In this document: positions 47,763 through 60,017 of the stretch, in pieces | Numbering within the stretch: position 1 is the stretch's first letter | How the letters are laid out: every line of letters starts with the position of its first letter | NCBI GenBank assembly: GCA_945878875.1 | Contig: CAMCUC010000003.1 | Location: forward strand, 9,516 to 73,515 | Direction: 5' to 3' | From: Rhizobium sp. Q54 | GTDB taxonomy: Bacteria; Pseudomonadota; Alphaproteobacteria; Rhizobiales; Beijerinckiaceae | Length of the DNA: 64,000 bases | Translations under genes and position numbers: made by a program | Notes under the pieces: model-generated | What the model was told of the DNA's origin: nothing | Seen by the model: the letters and a program-made list of their open reading frames with translations, nothing else | Database searches by the model: none

Positions 47763-50147
47763 GTGACTGATCCGTTTGAGAATTTCGACGAGACTGACCT
47801 GCCTGTCGCCCGCGCTCCGCGCGTCGGGGGCATCGCTGCGCGCGCTCAGGCCGCCATGCAGGCAGGCCTGGCGCCGCCGCGCTACCTTGACGTTTTGAAC
47901 CCCGAACAGCGGGCAGCGGTTGAGGCTATGGACGGCCCCGTGCTGGTGCTGGCTGGGGCTGGCACCGGCAAGACGCGGGTGCTGACGACGCGCATCGCCC
48001 ACATCATCGCCACGGGCCGCGCGCAGGCGCATGAGATTCTCGCCGTCACCTTCACCAACAAGGCCGCGCGCGAGATGAAGGAGCGCATCGGCGCGCTGGC
48101 CGGGCCAGTGGGCGAGGGTATGCCGTGGCTCGGCACGTTCCATTCCATCGGCGCCAAAATCCTGCGCCGTCACGCCGAGCTGGTGGGGCTGAAGTCCGGC
48201 TTCACGATTCTCGATACGGACGACCAGATCCGCCTGATGAAACAGGTGCTGCAAGCCGAAAACATCGACGAGAAACGCTGGCCTGCGCGCCAGCTCTCGA
48301 TCCTGATCGACGGCTGGAAAAATCGCGGTCTTGAGCCCGCGCGCGTGCCCGCCGGAGAGGCCGAAGCGTTTGGCAACGGCAAAGGGCGCCGGCTTTACGA
48401 ATTTTATCAGGAGCGGCTGAAAGCCCTGAACGCGGCGGACTTTGGCGATTTGCTGGTCGAAGGCCTGCGGCTCTTGCGCGAAAACCCGGACGTTCTGGCC
48501 GAGTTTCAGCGTCGCTTCCGCTATATTCTGGTGGACGAATATCAGGACACAAACACGGTTCAATATTTGTGGTTGCGTTTGCTGGCGCAAGCGGCGCGCG
48601 AGGGCGGCCAGCGCAACATCTGCTGCGTGGGCGACGACGATCAGGCGATCTACGGCTGGCGCGGCGCCGACGTCGACAACATCCTGCGCTTCGAGAAGGA
48701 TTTTCCTGGCGCAACGGTTGTGCGTCTTGAGCGCAATTATCGCTCGACCGGACACATTCTGGCCGCTGCCGCCAGCCTGATTTCGCACAACGAAGGGCGG
48801 CTTGGCAAAACGCTGTTCACCGATGGCGAGGCGGGTGAAAAGCCGACCGTTCAGGGGCTTTGGGATTCGGAAGAAGAAGCCCGGGTGGTGGGCGAAGACG
48901 TCGAGCAATTGCAGCGGCGCGGCCATTCGCTTGAGGATATGGCGATCCTCGTGCGCGCCTCGTTTCAGATGCGCGAGTTCGAAGAGCGCTTCATCACGCT
49001 GGGCCTGCCCTATCGCGTCATCGGCGGTCCGCGCTTTTATGAGCGGGCGGAAATTCGCGATGCTCTGGCCTATATCCGCTGCGTGGCGCAACCCACCGAC
49101 GATCTGGCGTTCGAGCGTATTTTCAACACGCCAAAACGCGGTCTTGGCGACGCCGCTCTGGCGCTGATGCACAATTGCTCGCGGCGCGAGGGCGTGCCGC
49201 TGATGCATGCTGCGCGGATGCTGATCGAGACCGAGGAGTTCAAGCCCAAACAGCGGCAGGCTTTGCGCGCGCTGATGGGCGATTTTGACCGCTGGTCGTC
49301 GCTGCTCGAATCCAAACCGCATAACGAGCTGGCGGAAATGGTGCTGGAGGAATCCGGCTATACCGACATGTGGCAGAAGGACCGCTCGGCGGACGCTGCG
49401 GGACGGCTTGAGAACCTCAAGGAACTCGTGCGCTCGATGGAGCAATTCCCGGACCTCGCCTCGTTCCTTGAGCACATCTCGCTGGTGATGGATGTCGGCG
49501 ACGCGAAAGGCGAGGCCAGCATCAGCATCATGACTTTGCATGCGGCCAAGGGGCTTGAGTTCGACACTGTTTACCTGCCGGGCTGGGAGGAGGGATTGTT
49601 CCCCCATCAGCGCGCTTTGGACGAACAGGGCCGCTCGGGCCTCGAGGAAGAGCGGCGGCTTTGTTATGTTGGCGTGACGCGCGCGCGCAAACGGGTGAAG
49701 ATTTACTTCGCCACCAACCGACGCATCCGCGGCCTGTGGCAGACGACGATTCCCTCTCGCTTTCTCGATGAATTACCCCCCGATCATGTGGACGTGGTGG
49801 AACAGGCCAGCGCCAGCTATGGCGGCTATGCGGCCTCGCGGTTCAACTCTGTGGATACGTTCGGCTCGTCCTATTCAACGCCGGGCTGGAAGCGGGCGCA
49901 GCAACGCGGCGACGAGGCGACGAAACCCGCTGGCGGCGCGGGGCCAAAACGGGGTCCGCTGACCATTGAGGGCGAGCTGGTCGCCAAATCCACCGGCGGC
50001 TCGGCCTTCAGGCCGGGCGTGCGGGTGTTTCATCTCAAGTTCGGCAATGGCAAGGTCGCCAGCGTCGACGGCAACAAGCTGACGGTGGATTTCGACAAGG
50101 CTGGCCGCAAAATGGTGCTGGACAGTTTCGTACAAAAGCCGGAATAG
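47763..50147 (+). CDS. uvrD: ATP-dependent DNA helicase UvrD/PcrA
   Basis: AGAGTGKT, VTFTNKAAREM, LVDEYQDTN, VGDDDQAIY, LERNYRS, TLHAAKGLEF, EERRLCYVGVTRA. Confidence 0.95.
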   Translation: MTDPFENFDETDLPVARAPRVGGIAARAQAAMQAGLAPPRYLDVLNPEQRAAVEAMDGPVLVLAGAGTGKTRVLTTRIAHIIATGRAQAHEILAVTFTNKAAREMKERIGALAGPVGEGMPWLGTFHSIGAKILRRHAELVGLKSGFTILDTDDQIRLMKQVLQAENIDEKRWPARQLSILIDGWKNRGLEPARVPAGEAEAFGNGKGRRLYEFYQERLKALNAADFGDLLVEGLRLLRENPDVLAEFQRRFRYILVDEYQDTNTVQYLWLRLLAQAAREGGQRNICCVGDDDQAIYGWRGADVDNILRFEKDFPGATVVRLERNYRSTGHILAAAASLISHNEGRLGKTLFTDGEAGEKPTVQGLWDSEEEARVVGEDVEQLQRRGHSLEDMAILVRASFQMREFEERFITLGLPYRVIGGPRFYERAEIRDALAYIRCVAQPTDDLAFERIFNTPKRGLGDAALALMHNCSRREGVPLMHAARMLIETEEFKPKQRQALRALMGDFDRWSSLLESKPHNELAEMVLEESGYTDMWQKDRSADAAGRLENLKELVRSMEQFPDLASFLEHISLVMDVGDAKGEASISIMTLHAAKGLEFDTVYLPGWEEGLFPHQRALDEQGRSGLEEERRLCYVGVTRARKRVKIYFATNRRIRGLWQTTIPSRFLDELPPDHVDVVEQASASYGGYAASRFNSVDTFGSSYSTPGWKRAQQRGDEATKPAGGAGPKRGPLTIEGELVAKSTGGSAFRPGVRVFHLKFGNGKVASVDGNKLTVDFDKAGRKMVLDSFVQKPE

Positions 50148-50318
50148 AGACGTATGTAACCAGAGCGTGACTTTGGATTCGTCGCCAGCGAGGTGGCGCT
50201 CGCCCCTCGTACAGAGTATAGCAAGCCATCTTTCGGAGTCGGCATCCGCCCCGGCGTCGAAAACAGATCCGCCGCAGCGCTTGCGCGGATTGAAATTCGC
50301 GGCGGCAAGGAGAGCTAA

Positions 50319-50603
50319 ATGACGACCAAGACCAAAGCCGAAGGCGGCGCTGTGAAGAGTGCAGGTTCGGCCCTTCAGCGGCCTGTGACCCCTTCGAAGG
50401 AGCTGGCCGCGGTTGTTGGCGCAGACGCCATTCCCCGCACGCAGGTCGTCAAGAAGGTGTGGGATTACATCAAGGCCAACAACCTTCAGAACGAAAAGGA
50501 CCGCCGCTCGATCGACGCGGACGCCAACCTTGAGAAGGTGTTCGGCAAAAAGCAGGTCACGATGTTCGAGATGACCAAGCTGATCAACCAGCACCTGAAA
50601 TAG
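50319..50603 (+). CDS. SWIB/MDM2 domain protein
   Basis: PSKELAAVVG, RTQVVKKVWDYIKANNLQ, I.AD..L..VFG; AGGAG RBS. Confidence 0.9.
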   Translation: MTTKTKAEGGAVKSAGSALQRPVTPSKELAAVVGADAIPRTQVVKKVWDYIKANNLQNEKDRRSIDADANLEKVFGKKQVTMFEMTKLINQHLK

Positions 50604-50619
50604 GCTTTTCAAGCTTCAT

Positions 50620-50654
50620 AAAAGCCGCGCGCTGCACAGGCGCGCGGCTTTTTT
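50620..50654 (+). terminator. Rho-independent terminator
   Basis: AAAAGCCGCGCGC-loop-GCGCGCGGCTTTTTT. Confidence 0.85.
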
Positions 50655-50722
50655 GTTTGCAAAAAGATGCGGGCTGGAAGCCCGAGGGCCAAGACTAAAA
50701 AGCAAACATGCATCTCTCCGTG

Positions 50723-50804
50723 CGTCATCCCCGCGACGGCGGGGATCTACGGCGGGCTGCCAGCCCAATCCCTGCCTTGGAGGGCGGCCTTCGCCGCCAT
50801 AACG
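50723..50804. repeat. 82-bp CGTC-family double-hairpin element, copy 4
   Basis: CGTCATCCCCGCGACGGCGGGGATCTACGGC...GAGGGCGGCCTTCGCCGCCATAACG. Confidence 0.75.
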
Positions 50805-50872
50805 CGTGCTTGACCTCCAGATCAAACGTCCCCCCGGCTGTCCTTGGCCGCAAAACATGCTAAAGCCCGCCC

Positions 50873-51808
50873 ATGCTCGAAGGTTTGCCCCCCAATAACG
50901 CCGCCCACATGATGTCCCTCGCCTGCCCGGAAGGACAGGCGCGCAACATCGCCGATCTCATCGTCGAAATGTTCGACCCCGCAGAAGCTGCGGCCTCGGC
51001 GTTCGAGCGCGAGCCCCAGACCAACGACTGGTCCACGGGCGAATGGCTGGTGGAGGCCTATTTCGGCTCCCCGCCGGACGAAGCCTATGTGCGCGAACTC
51101 GTCGCCGCAGTCGCGGGACTTGAGGCCGCCGCCGCCGTCATATTCTCGCGCGTGGCCGAGCAGGACTGGATCGCCGCCTCGCTGCACGGGCTGGCCCCCG
51201 TGCGCGCCGGGCGCTTTCTGGTGCATGGCTCGCATGACCGGGACGCCGTGCGCGAGAACGACATTGCGCTGGAGATTGAAGCCGCGCTCGCCTTTGGCAC
51301 CGGCCACCACGGCACCACGCGCGGCTGCCTGCTGATGCTCGATTATGTCCTCAAGCGCCGCCGCCCCTATTCCATTCTGGACGTGGGAACCGGCACCGGC
51401 GTACTGGCCATCGCCGCCGCCAAGGCGCTGCGCCAGCCTGTCGTGGCTGGCGACATTGACGCCATTGCAGTGGACGCCGCGCGCTCCAACGCTATTTTGA
51501 ACGGCGTCGCGCCTTGGGTGCGCCCGGTGACGGCGCCCGGGCTGGAGCATCCCGTTTTGCGCAATGGCGGGCCGTATGATCTCATCTTCGCCAACATTCT
51601 TGCGCGCCCCTTGCGGGCGCTGGCGCCCTCCATAAGCCGCGCCGCCTGCCATGGCGCAGACATTGTGCTCTCGGGCCTGCTCGCGCCAGACGTGCCCGGC
51701 GTGTTGACGGCCTATGGCGCGCAGGGCTTCTCGCTGGCCCGCCGGATTGATCTTGAAGGCTGGGCGACATTGCTCATGCGCGTTGGCGGAGCCGCACCGC
51801 GTCGTTGA
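50873..51808 (+). CDS. prmA: Ribosomal protein L11 methyltransferase
   Basis: AFGTGHHGTT, LDVGTGTG, DID, DLIFANILA, LSGLL. Confidence 0.92.
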   Translation: MLEGLPPNNAAHMMSLACPEGQARNIADLIVEMFDPAEAAASAFEREPQTNDWSTGEWLVEAYFGSPPDEAYVRELVAAVAGLEAAAAVIFSRVAEQDWIAASLHGLAPVRAGRFLVHGSHDRDAVRENDIALEIEAALAFGTGHHGTTRGCLLMLDYVLKRRRPYSILDVGTGTGVLAIAAAKALRQPVVAGDIDAIAVDAARSNAILNGVAPWVRPVTAPGLEHPVLRNGGPYDLIFANILARPLRALAPSISRAACHGADIVLSGLLAPDVPGVLTAYGAQGFSLARRIDLEGWATLLMRVGGAAPRR

Positions 51809-51819
51809 TTGGGGACAAG

Positions 51820-53646
51820 ATGTTTCAGGCCCTGTTCCAATCCTTCACCGAATCCGCCGATCCCTCGCATGGCGCCGCGCGCGCAAAAGCATTGCGCGCA
51901 GAGCTGCAAAGGCTTGGCCTGCACGGGTTTATCATTCCGCGCGCCGACGAGCATCAAAACGAATATGTGCCCGCGAACGCCGAGCGCCTCGCCTGGCTCA
52001 CCGGCTTTACGGGCTCAGCGGGTTTGGCGATTGTGCTGGCCGACCACGCCGCGATTTTCGTTGATGGCCGCTATGGATTGCAGGTGCGCGATCAAGTGGA
52101 CGCGCGCGTGTTCAAGCCGCTCGACAGCGGGCAGGTTTCGCCTGATGCATGGCTTGAAGAGAACCTGCCCAAAGGCGCCATGCTGGGCTTTGATCCGTGG
52201 CTGACGACGCCCGCAAGTCTGGAGCGCTACGCCAAAGCCGCGCGCAAGGCGGGCGCTGATCTGGCGCCCGTTTCCGACAATCCAATTGACGCAATCTGGG
52301 CCGACCGCCCTGCCCCGCCGCTTGCGCCTGTGCGGCTGCACCCCAGGCGCTTTGCGGGCGTGGAGGCGAAGAGGAAGCTGCCAAACATTGCGCGCGCTTT
52401 GGAAGATTGCGACGCCTTGCTCGTCAGCAATCCGCACAATGTGGCGTGGGCCTTCAACATTCGCGGCGCCGACGTGCCGCATACGCCTCTGCCGCTGTGC
52501 TTTGCGTTGATCCGCGCCAATGCAAACCCCACGCTCTATATCGACGGACGCAAGGTGAGCGAGCCTGTGCGCAAGGCCTTGTCTGCGCTGGCTCTGGTGC
52601 AGGAGCCCGGCCAGCTTGCCGCTAATTTGCAAACGCTGGGCGGCGCTGGTGCGCGCGTACGCTTTGACGCTGCAACCGCGCCCGTCAAACTCGTCGAGGC
52701 GCTGAAAAGCGCTGGCGGACAGGCCGATATTGGCGCCGATCCGATCACGCTGATGAAGGCGTGCAAGAACACGGCTGAGATCGCCGGCGCCCGCGCCGCT
52801 CATCTGCGCGATGGCGCGGCGCTCGTGAATTTCCTGTGCTGGTTCGACGCGAACGCGCGCGGCAGCAAGCTGACCGAGGTTGAGGCCGTGCAGGCGCTGG
52901 AGAGCTTTCGCCGCGACACCGGCAAGCTCAAGGAAGTCTCTTTCCCAACAATTTCCGGCGCCGGCGCAAACGGCGCCATCGTGCATTACCGCGTCACCGA
53001 GCGCACGAACGCTAAGATCGGCAAGGGCCTTTTCCTGCTCGACAGCGGCGCGCAATATGAGGATGGCACGACGGACGTGACGCGTACGATCAGCGTGGGA
53101 AAACCAAGCGCAGAGATGCGCGACCGCTTCACCCGCGTGCTCAAAGGCCATATCGCAATTGCGCGCGCTGTGTTTCCCAAGGGCGCGAATGGGGCGCAGA
53201 TCGACAGCTTTGCGCGGCAGGCCTTGTGGGAAGCGGGCCTTGATTACGACCACGGCACCGGCCACGGCGTCGGCGCTTATCTCTCCGTGCACGAAGGCCC
53301 GCAGAACATCTCCAAGCGCGGCGCCTGCCCGCTTGAGCCGGGGATGATCATATCAAACGAGCCCGGCTATTATAAAACCGGCGCCTATGGCATCCGCATT
53401 GAAAACCTTGTGCTGGTTGAAAAGCGTCAAATCTCTGGCGGAGAGCGCGAAACCTACGGGTTTGAAACGCTCACCCTTGCGCCGATTGATCTGGCCTGCG
53501 TCGAGCCAAAGCTGTTAAGCCACGATGAATTGCGCTGGCTCAACGCCTATCACGCGCGCGTGCGCAAAGAGCTGTCCCCGCTTGTCTCGCCCCCGGTGCG
53601 CAAATGGCTGGCGCTGGCGACAAAGCCGCTCACGCGCGGCGCTTAA
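51820..53646 (+). CDS. Xaa-Pro aminopeptidase (aminopeptidase P, M24B)
   Basis: DEHQNEY, WLTGFTGSAG, DSGAQYEDGTTDVTRT, HGTGHGVG, SNEPGYY, GIRIEN. Confidence 0.93.
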   Translation: MFQALFQSFTESADPSHGAARAKALRAELQRLGLHGFIIPRADEHQNEYVPANAERLAWLTGFTGSAGLAIVLADHAAIFVDGRYGLQVRDQVDARVFKPLDSGQVSPDAWLEENLPKGAMLGFDPWLTTPASLERYAKAARKAGADLAPVSDNPIDAIWADRPAPPLAPVRLHPRRFAGVEAKRKLPNIARALEDCDALLVSNPHNVAWAFNIRGADVPHTPLPLCFALIRANANPTLYIDGRKVSEPVRKALSALALVQEPGQLAANLQTLGGAGARVRFDAATAPVKLVEALKSAGGQADIGADPITLMKACKNTAEIAGARAAHLRDGAALVNFLCWFDANARGSKLTEVEAVQALESFRRDTGKLKEVSFPTISGAGANGAIVHYRVTERTNAKIGKGLFLLDSGAQYEDGTTDVTRTISVGKPSAEMRDRFTRVLKGHIAIARAVFPKGANGAQIDSFARQALWEAGLDYDHGTGHGVGAYLSVHEGPQNISKRGACPLEPGMIISNEPGYYKTGAYGIRIENLVLVEKRQISGGERETYGFETLTLAPIDLACVEPKLLSHDELRWLNAYHARVRKELSPLVSPPVRKWLALATKPLTRGA

Positions 53647-53706
53647 TCAGATCGCGAATACTCTTTCTTTCCCTTCTCCCGCAGGCGAGAAAAGGAAGAG
53701 CGCCTC

Positions 53707-55842
<2,136 letters not shown>

Positions 55843-57519
55843 TCAACCGGCCTGCGCGGCCTCGATCAGCCTGCGCGCAGCGGCGCGTGCTTCCTCGGTG
55901 ATCGTGGCGCCGGCCAGCATGCGGGCGATTTCTTCGCGGCGTGCGTCCGGCTCCAGAGGCTCGATGCGGGTGGCTACGCGTTTGCCGCGCTCGGTGGCCG
56001 CTTTCGCGATCCGCAAATGTCCCTGTGCGCGTGCGGCAACTTGCGGCGCGTGCGTGACGGCGAGAACCTGCACGCGCGCGGCCAGGCGCGCGAGGCGCTG
56101 GCCGATGGCGTCAGCCACGGCGCCGCCGACGCCTGTATCAATCTCGTCGAACACCAGCGTCGGCGCTGAGCCGCGATCGGCCAGCACGACTTTCAGCGCC
56201 AGCATGAAGCGCGCAAGCTCGCCGCCGGACGCCACTTTCATCAGCGGGCCGGGGCGCGTGCCCGGATTGGTCTGGACCCAGAATTCCACGCGGTCCACGC
56301 CCTCGGGGCCAGCGTTCTGGGGATCGCTGTTGACCTGCGTCATGAACACAGCGTTTTCAAGCTTCAGCGGCTTCAGCTCGCCGTTCACTTTTTTATCAAG
56401 CGCGGCGGCGGCCTTCACGCGCTTCTTGCTCAGCTCAGAAGCAAGCGCGCGAAAATGCGTATCTGTCTCTTCCGTCGTCTTGCGCAGCTTGATGAGCAGC
56501 GCCTCGCCCGCATCCAGTGCGGCCAAATCCGCATCGTAACGCTCGGCAAGCGCCGCCAGATCGTCAACCGGCACGGAATATTTGCGCCCGGCGGCGCGCA
56601 ACGCAAACAACCGCTCCTCAATCCGCTCCAGCTCGTTGGGATCGAACGCGCAGCCGCGCAGCGCATCGTCAACCACTTGGGAGGCGGTGTCGATGGCGTG
56701 CAAAGCGGCGTTGAGCGCCTTCAGCGAGGGCTCGATCAAATGCGGCGCCTGCTGGGCGCGGCGCTCCAGCCGGCGCATCAAGCCATGGATGATTGGGCCG
56801 GGCGCCTTGTCGCCGGACAGGGCGTTGTCGGCGTCGCGCAATTCGGTGACGACTTTTTCAGATTGCATCATCGCCGTGCGGCGGGTGGCCAGATCTTCCT
56901 CCTCGCGCGGCTCAGGCGCGAGTTTTGTGAGTTCGCCATGGGCGTGGCGCAGCCAATCGGCCTCCTCGCGCGCCTTGGCGATCCGCGCCTCTTCGCTGGC
57001 CAAAGCAAGACGGGCCTCGCGCGCAGCGCCAAACGCGCGCCGCACCGCCAAAGCGTCCGCCTCAAGCCCGCCCGAAGCGTCGATCAGCGCGCGATGCATG
57101 GCCGGATCGACCAGAGCGCGGTCATCATGCTGGCCATGGATTTCAACCAGCGTGCCCGACACAGCGCGCAAGGTCTGCGCGCTCACAGGCTGGTCGTTGA
57201 CGAAAGCGCGGGTGCGGCCGTCCGCCATTTGCACGCGGCGCAAAATCAGCTCGCATTCGGCGTCAATGTCGTTCGAGCGGGCAGCGATAACGGCGGGGTG
57301 ATCGGCAGCCAGCGAGAACACCGCCGTCACCTGCCCCTGCGGCTGGCCCTCGCGCACAAGCGAGCCGTCGCCGCGCGCGCCAAGCGCCAGCGCAAATGCA
57401 TCAAGCAGGATCGATTTTCCCGCACCGGTCTCGCCGGTAAGCACAGTCATCCCGGTCGATGGCTCAAGGTCGAGCCGATCGATCAGAACGATATCGCGGA
57501 TTGATAGCTGAACGAGCAT
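55843..57519 (-). CDS. recN: DNA repair protein RecN
   Basis: TGETGAGKS, HGQH, ASGGELARFMLA, FDEID, THAPQVAA. Confidence 0.96.
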   Translation of the reverse strand: MLVQLSIRDIVLIDRLDLEPSTGMTVLTGETGAGKSILLDAFALALGARGDGSLVREGQPQGQVTAVFSLAADHPAVIAARSNDIDAECELILRRVQMADGRTRAFVNDQPVSAQTLRAVSGTLVEIHGQHDDRALVDPAMHRALIDASGGLEADALAVRRAFGAAREARLALASEEARIAKAREEADWLRHAHGELTKLAPEPREEEDLATRRTAMMQSEKVVTELRDADNALSGDKAPGPIIHGLMRRLERRAQQAPHLIEPSLKALNAALHAIDTASQVVDDALRGCAFDPNELERIEERLFALRAAGRKYSVPVDDLAALAERYDADLAALDAGEALLIKLRKTTEETDTHFRALASELSKKRVKAAAALDKKVNGELKPLKLENAVFMTQVNSDPQNAGPEGVDRVEFWVQTNPGTRPGPLMKVASGGELARFMLALKVVLADRGSAPTLVFDEIDTGVGGAVADAIGQRLARLAARVQVLAVTHAPQVAARAQGHLRIAKAATERGKRVATRIEPLEPDARREEIARMLAGATITEEARAAARRLIEAAQAG

Positions 57520-57552
57520 TGGGAACCCAGAATCAGGCGTTCCCGAACCATA

Positions 57553-58473
57553 TCAGGATTGCGTGGTCGTTCGGAATAGACGTGACATCCACGAGCTGCG
57601 GTTTTCGCTGGGCGCAAGGCCGCCAGTCGCAAGGCGGGCATAGGCGTCCTTGTACCACTGGCTGTCGGGGTAATTGTGGCCCAGCACTGCGGCAGCCGTC
57701 TGCGCCTCATGCGTGATGCCCAGCGCCAGATAAGCCTCGGTGAGGCGGAACAACGCCTCCTCCGAGTGGCGCGTTGTCTGGTACTTGCCCAGCACTTCGC
57801 GGAAGCGATTGACGGCGGCGGTGTAGTTCTTGCGCGAAAGATAGAACCGGCCCACCGACATTTCCTTGCCGGCGAGCTGATCGCGCGCCACCAGAAGCTT
57901 GAACTTGGCTTCTTCGGCATATTCCGACTTCGGGAATTTCTGCACGAGATCGTTGAACACCTTCACCGCCTGCTCGGCGCGATCCTGATCGCGCGAGATG
58001 TCGGGGATCTGGTTATACATCGACATGCCAATCAGATAGAGCGCGTAGGGCGTCTCGGGCGTCGAGGGATAGAGATTGACGTAACGATTGCCTGCGATGA
58101 CGGCGTCGTCGTATTTGGCACCTTCAAAGTTCGAATAGGCCACCATCAGCAGGCCTTTTCGCGACCATTGCGAAAACGGGAACTGCTTTTCAAGCTCTGC
58201 AAATTTCTTCGAGGCGCCCTCGTAATCGCTGCGCTGCAGGCGCGCGAGGCCCTGATCGTAGATCTGCTCGGCCGGCTCGTCGGCCAGCAGCTTGGTCTCG
58301 TACTTCTCTCCGCCGAACGGGTTCAGAGAATCAAGCGTCGCGCATCCCGCAATTGGCGCGATCAGCAGCAGCAGCGCGCAGGCGCGGGAGATTGCGCCGC
58401 CAGCCATGCGGATTTTCGAAGAGCCCGATTGCGGGAAACAGGCTTGCGGGAGAATGGGCTCGACGCGATGCAT
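57553..58473 (-). CDS. bamD: Outer membrane protein assembly factor BamD
   Basis: Lipobox IAGC; TPR helices; EMSVGRFYL, AAVNRF, HSEEAL.RL.E.Y; start may be 58407. Confidence 0.93.
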   Translation of the reverse strand: MHRVEPILPQACFPQSGSSKIRMAGGAISRACALLLLIAPIAGCATLDSLNPFGGEKYETKLLADEPAEQIYDQGLARLQRSDYEGASKKFAELEKQFPFSQWSRKGLLMVAYSNFEGAKYDDAVIAGNRYVNLYPSTPETPYALYLIGMSMYNQIPDISRDQDRAEQAVKVFNDLVQKFPKSEYAEEAKFKLLVARDQLAGKEMSVGRFYLSRKNYTAAVNRFREVLGKYQTTRHSEEALFRLTEAYLALGITHEAQTAAAVLGHNYPDSQWYKDAYARLATGGLAPSENRSSWMSRLFRTTTQS

Positions 58474-58722
58474 TGGACACTCGCCTGAACGTGAGAGCGG
58501 CGGAGGCTGAACCCTCCGGGCCGGAACGACGCAAATTTGATTTGGCTTCTACAACAAAAGCGGCGATCACGCCACTCGCTGAAAACGCCAGGAAAATCGT
58601 CAAGAAGATCGACAGGCGAATCGGCCGACTAGATATGTCCGGCCCTTGGCCTGACTATTATCTTCACCTTGCAATTGTGGCTAAATCCCGTCCGGAGCAG
58701 CCCATGCGGGACATGTCGAGAC

Positions 58723-59667
58723 CTAATTGATCTCTGCCGAGTAAGCCGGCGCCGCCGCAAAAGCGTTCTCGGCGCGGGCGCCAAGGCGGCGCTTGGGGGC
58801 TTCCACGATTTCATAGGCGCTGCGATCGCTGAACAGCGCCTCCAGCACGGCGACATTGGTGCGATGGCCGCCGCAATAGGAACGATACACGCCGATCAGC
58901 GGCAACCCGGCCAGCGCCAGATCGCCGACGGCGTCCAGCGTCTTGTGGCGCACGAATTCGTCGGGAAAACGCAGGCCTTCGGGATTCAGGATGCGGCCTT
59001 CTTCAAGCGCAATCGAATTTTCCAGCGAGGCGCCAAGAGCGAAGCCCGCCTTCCACAACCGCTCCACGTCATGCACGAAACCGAAGGTGCGGGCGCGGGC
59101 GATGTCACGACGGAAGGTCTTGGCGTCTAGGTCGATCACCTTCTTCTGACGGCCAATAACGCCTTGGGCGAAATCGATCTCGACTTCGAGGCGAAAGCCC
59201 GACGAAGCCGGACGCAATTCGGAGAAGGCGCGGCCATGCTCGATGCGCACGGGCTTCAACACCTTGATATAGCGGCGCGGAGCGGAAAGTTCGACGAGGC
59301 CGGCCTGATCAATCGCCTCAACGAAGGCGGCGGACGAGCCGTCCATGATCGGCACTTCCGGCCCATCGACTTCAATGAGGACGTTGTCGACGCCAAGGCC
59401 AGCGAAAGCGGCGAGCAGATGTTCGATGGTGGAGACGGCGCCGGTGGAGGAATCGCCGATGACGGTGCACAATTCGGTGGTGGAGACCTGCGACCAGCGC
59501 GCCTCGATGGAGCGCTCGCGCCCCCCCTCAAGGCCGGTGCGCAAAAACACAATTCCGGAATTGGCTTCAGCAGGATGAAGAACCAGTTGAACGGGGGCGT
59601 TGGAGTGCACGCCGGCCCCGCGAAGAGCGATCTGGCGTTTCAACGTTGTCTGTCGTGCCGGCATCAT
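58723..59667 (-). CDS. lpxC: UDP-3-O-acyl-GlcNAc deacetylase
   Basis: TIEHLLAA, MDGS, ARARTFGF, HKTLDAVGDL, GGH. Confidence 0.96.
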   Translation of the reverse strand: MMPARQTTLKRQIALRGAGVHSNAPVQLVLHPAEANSGIVFLRTGLEGGRERSIEARWSQVSTTELCTVIGDSSTGAVSTIEHLLAAFAGLGVDNVLIEVDGPEVPIMDGSSAAFVEAIDQAGLVELSAPRRYIKVLKPVRIEHGRAFSELRPASSGFRLEVEIDFAQGVIGRQKKVIDLDAKTFRRDIARARTFGFVHDVERLWKAGFALGASLENSIALEEGRILNPEGLRFPDEFVRHKTLDAVGDLALAGLPLIGVYRSYCGGHRTNVAVLEALFSDRSAYEIVEAPKRRLGARAENAFAAAPAYSAEIN

Positions 59668-59942
59668 ATGCTTCTCGCTTTTATTGGCGCAACGTCATGA
59701 CGACCAGCGGCCCGAAGACCGAAAGCCGCACGTAACTGACGCTTACGCTTTCCCTTGAGTGCGCCGACGCTTCCCAACCCCAAAAGGCGGAAAACTGAAC
59801 CTGCGCTCACTTGCGTGATCCGTTCGTTGAACGACGAATCCTAAACTGCATGGTCAATTTACGCCTTGGTTCCGCCACGACAAAATCACGGTTTCTTACG
59901 CCATGTTACAGTCGCTTCTCATATGGAATAATCTGAAATAGA

Positions 59943-59957
59943 TTAATGATTACATAA
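59943..59957. promoter_or_regulatory. Possible CtrA-like site TTAA-N7-ATAA
   Basis: 7/8 match to TTAA-N7-TTAA in the AT-rich ftsZ-lpxC intergenic region. Confidence 0.3.
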
Positions 59958-59960
59958 AGA

Positions 59961-59989
59961 TAAAGCCCGCGCCTTGAGGGGCGCGGGCT
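59961..59989 (-). terminator. ftsZ terminator
   Basis: AGCCCGCGCC/GGCGCGGGCT stem followed by a T-rich tract on the minus strand. Confidence 0.7.
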
Positions 59990-60017
59990 CTTGTCGGGGC
60001 TTGGCTAGCGGCTGACT

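Noticed and set aside
50810-50825. FNR box upstream of prmA (TTGAC-CTCCAG-ATCAA)
   Set aside because: The spacer is 6 nt rather than 4; more likely a -35 element.
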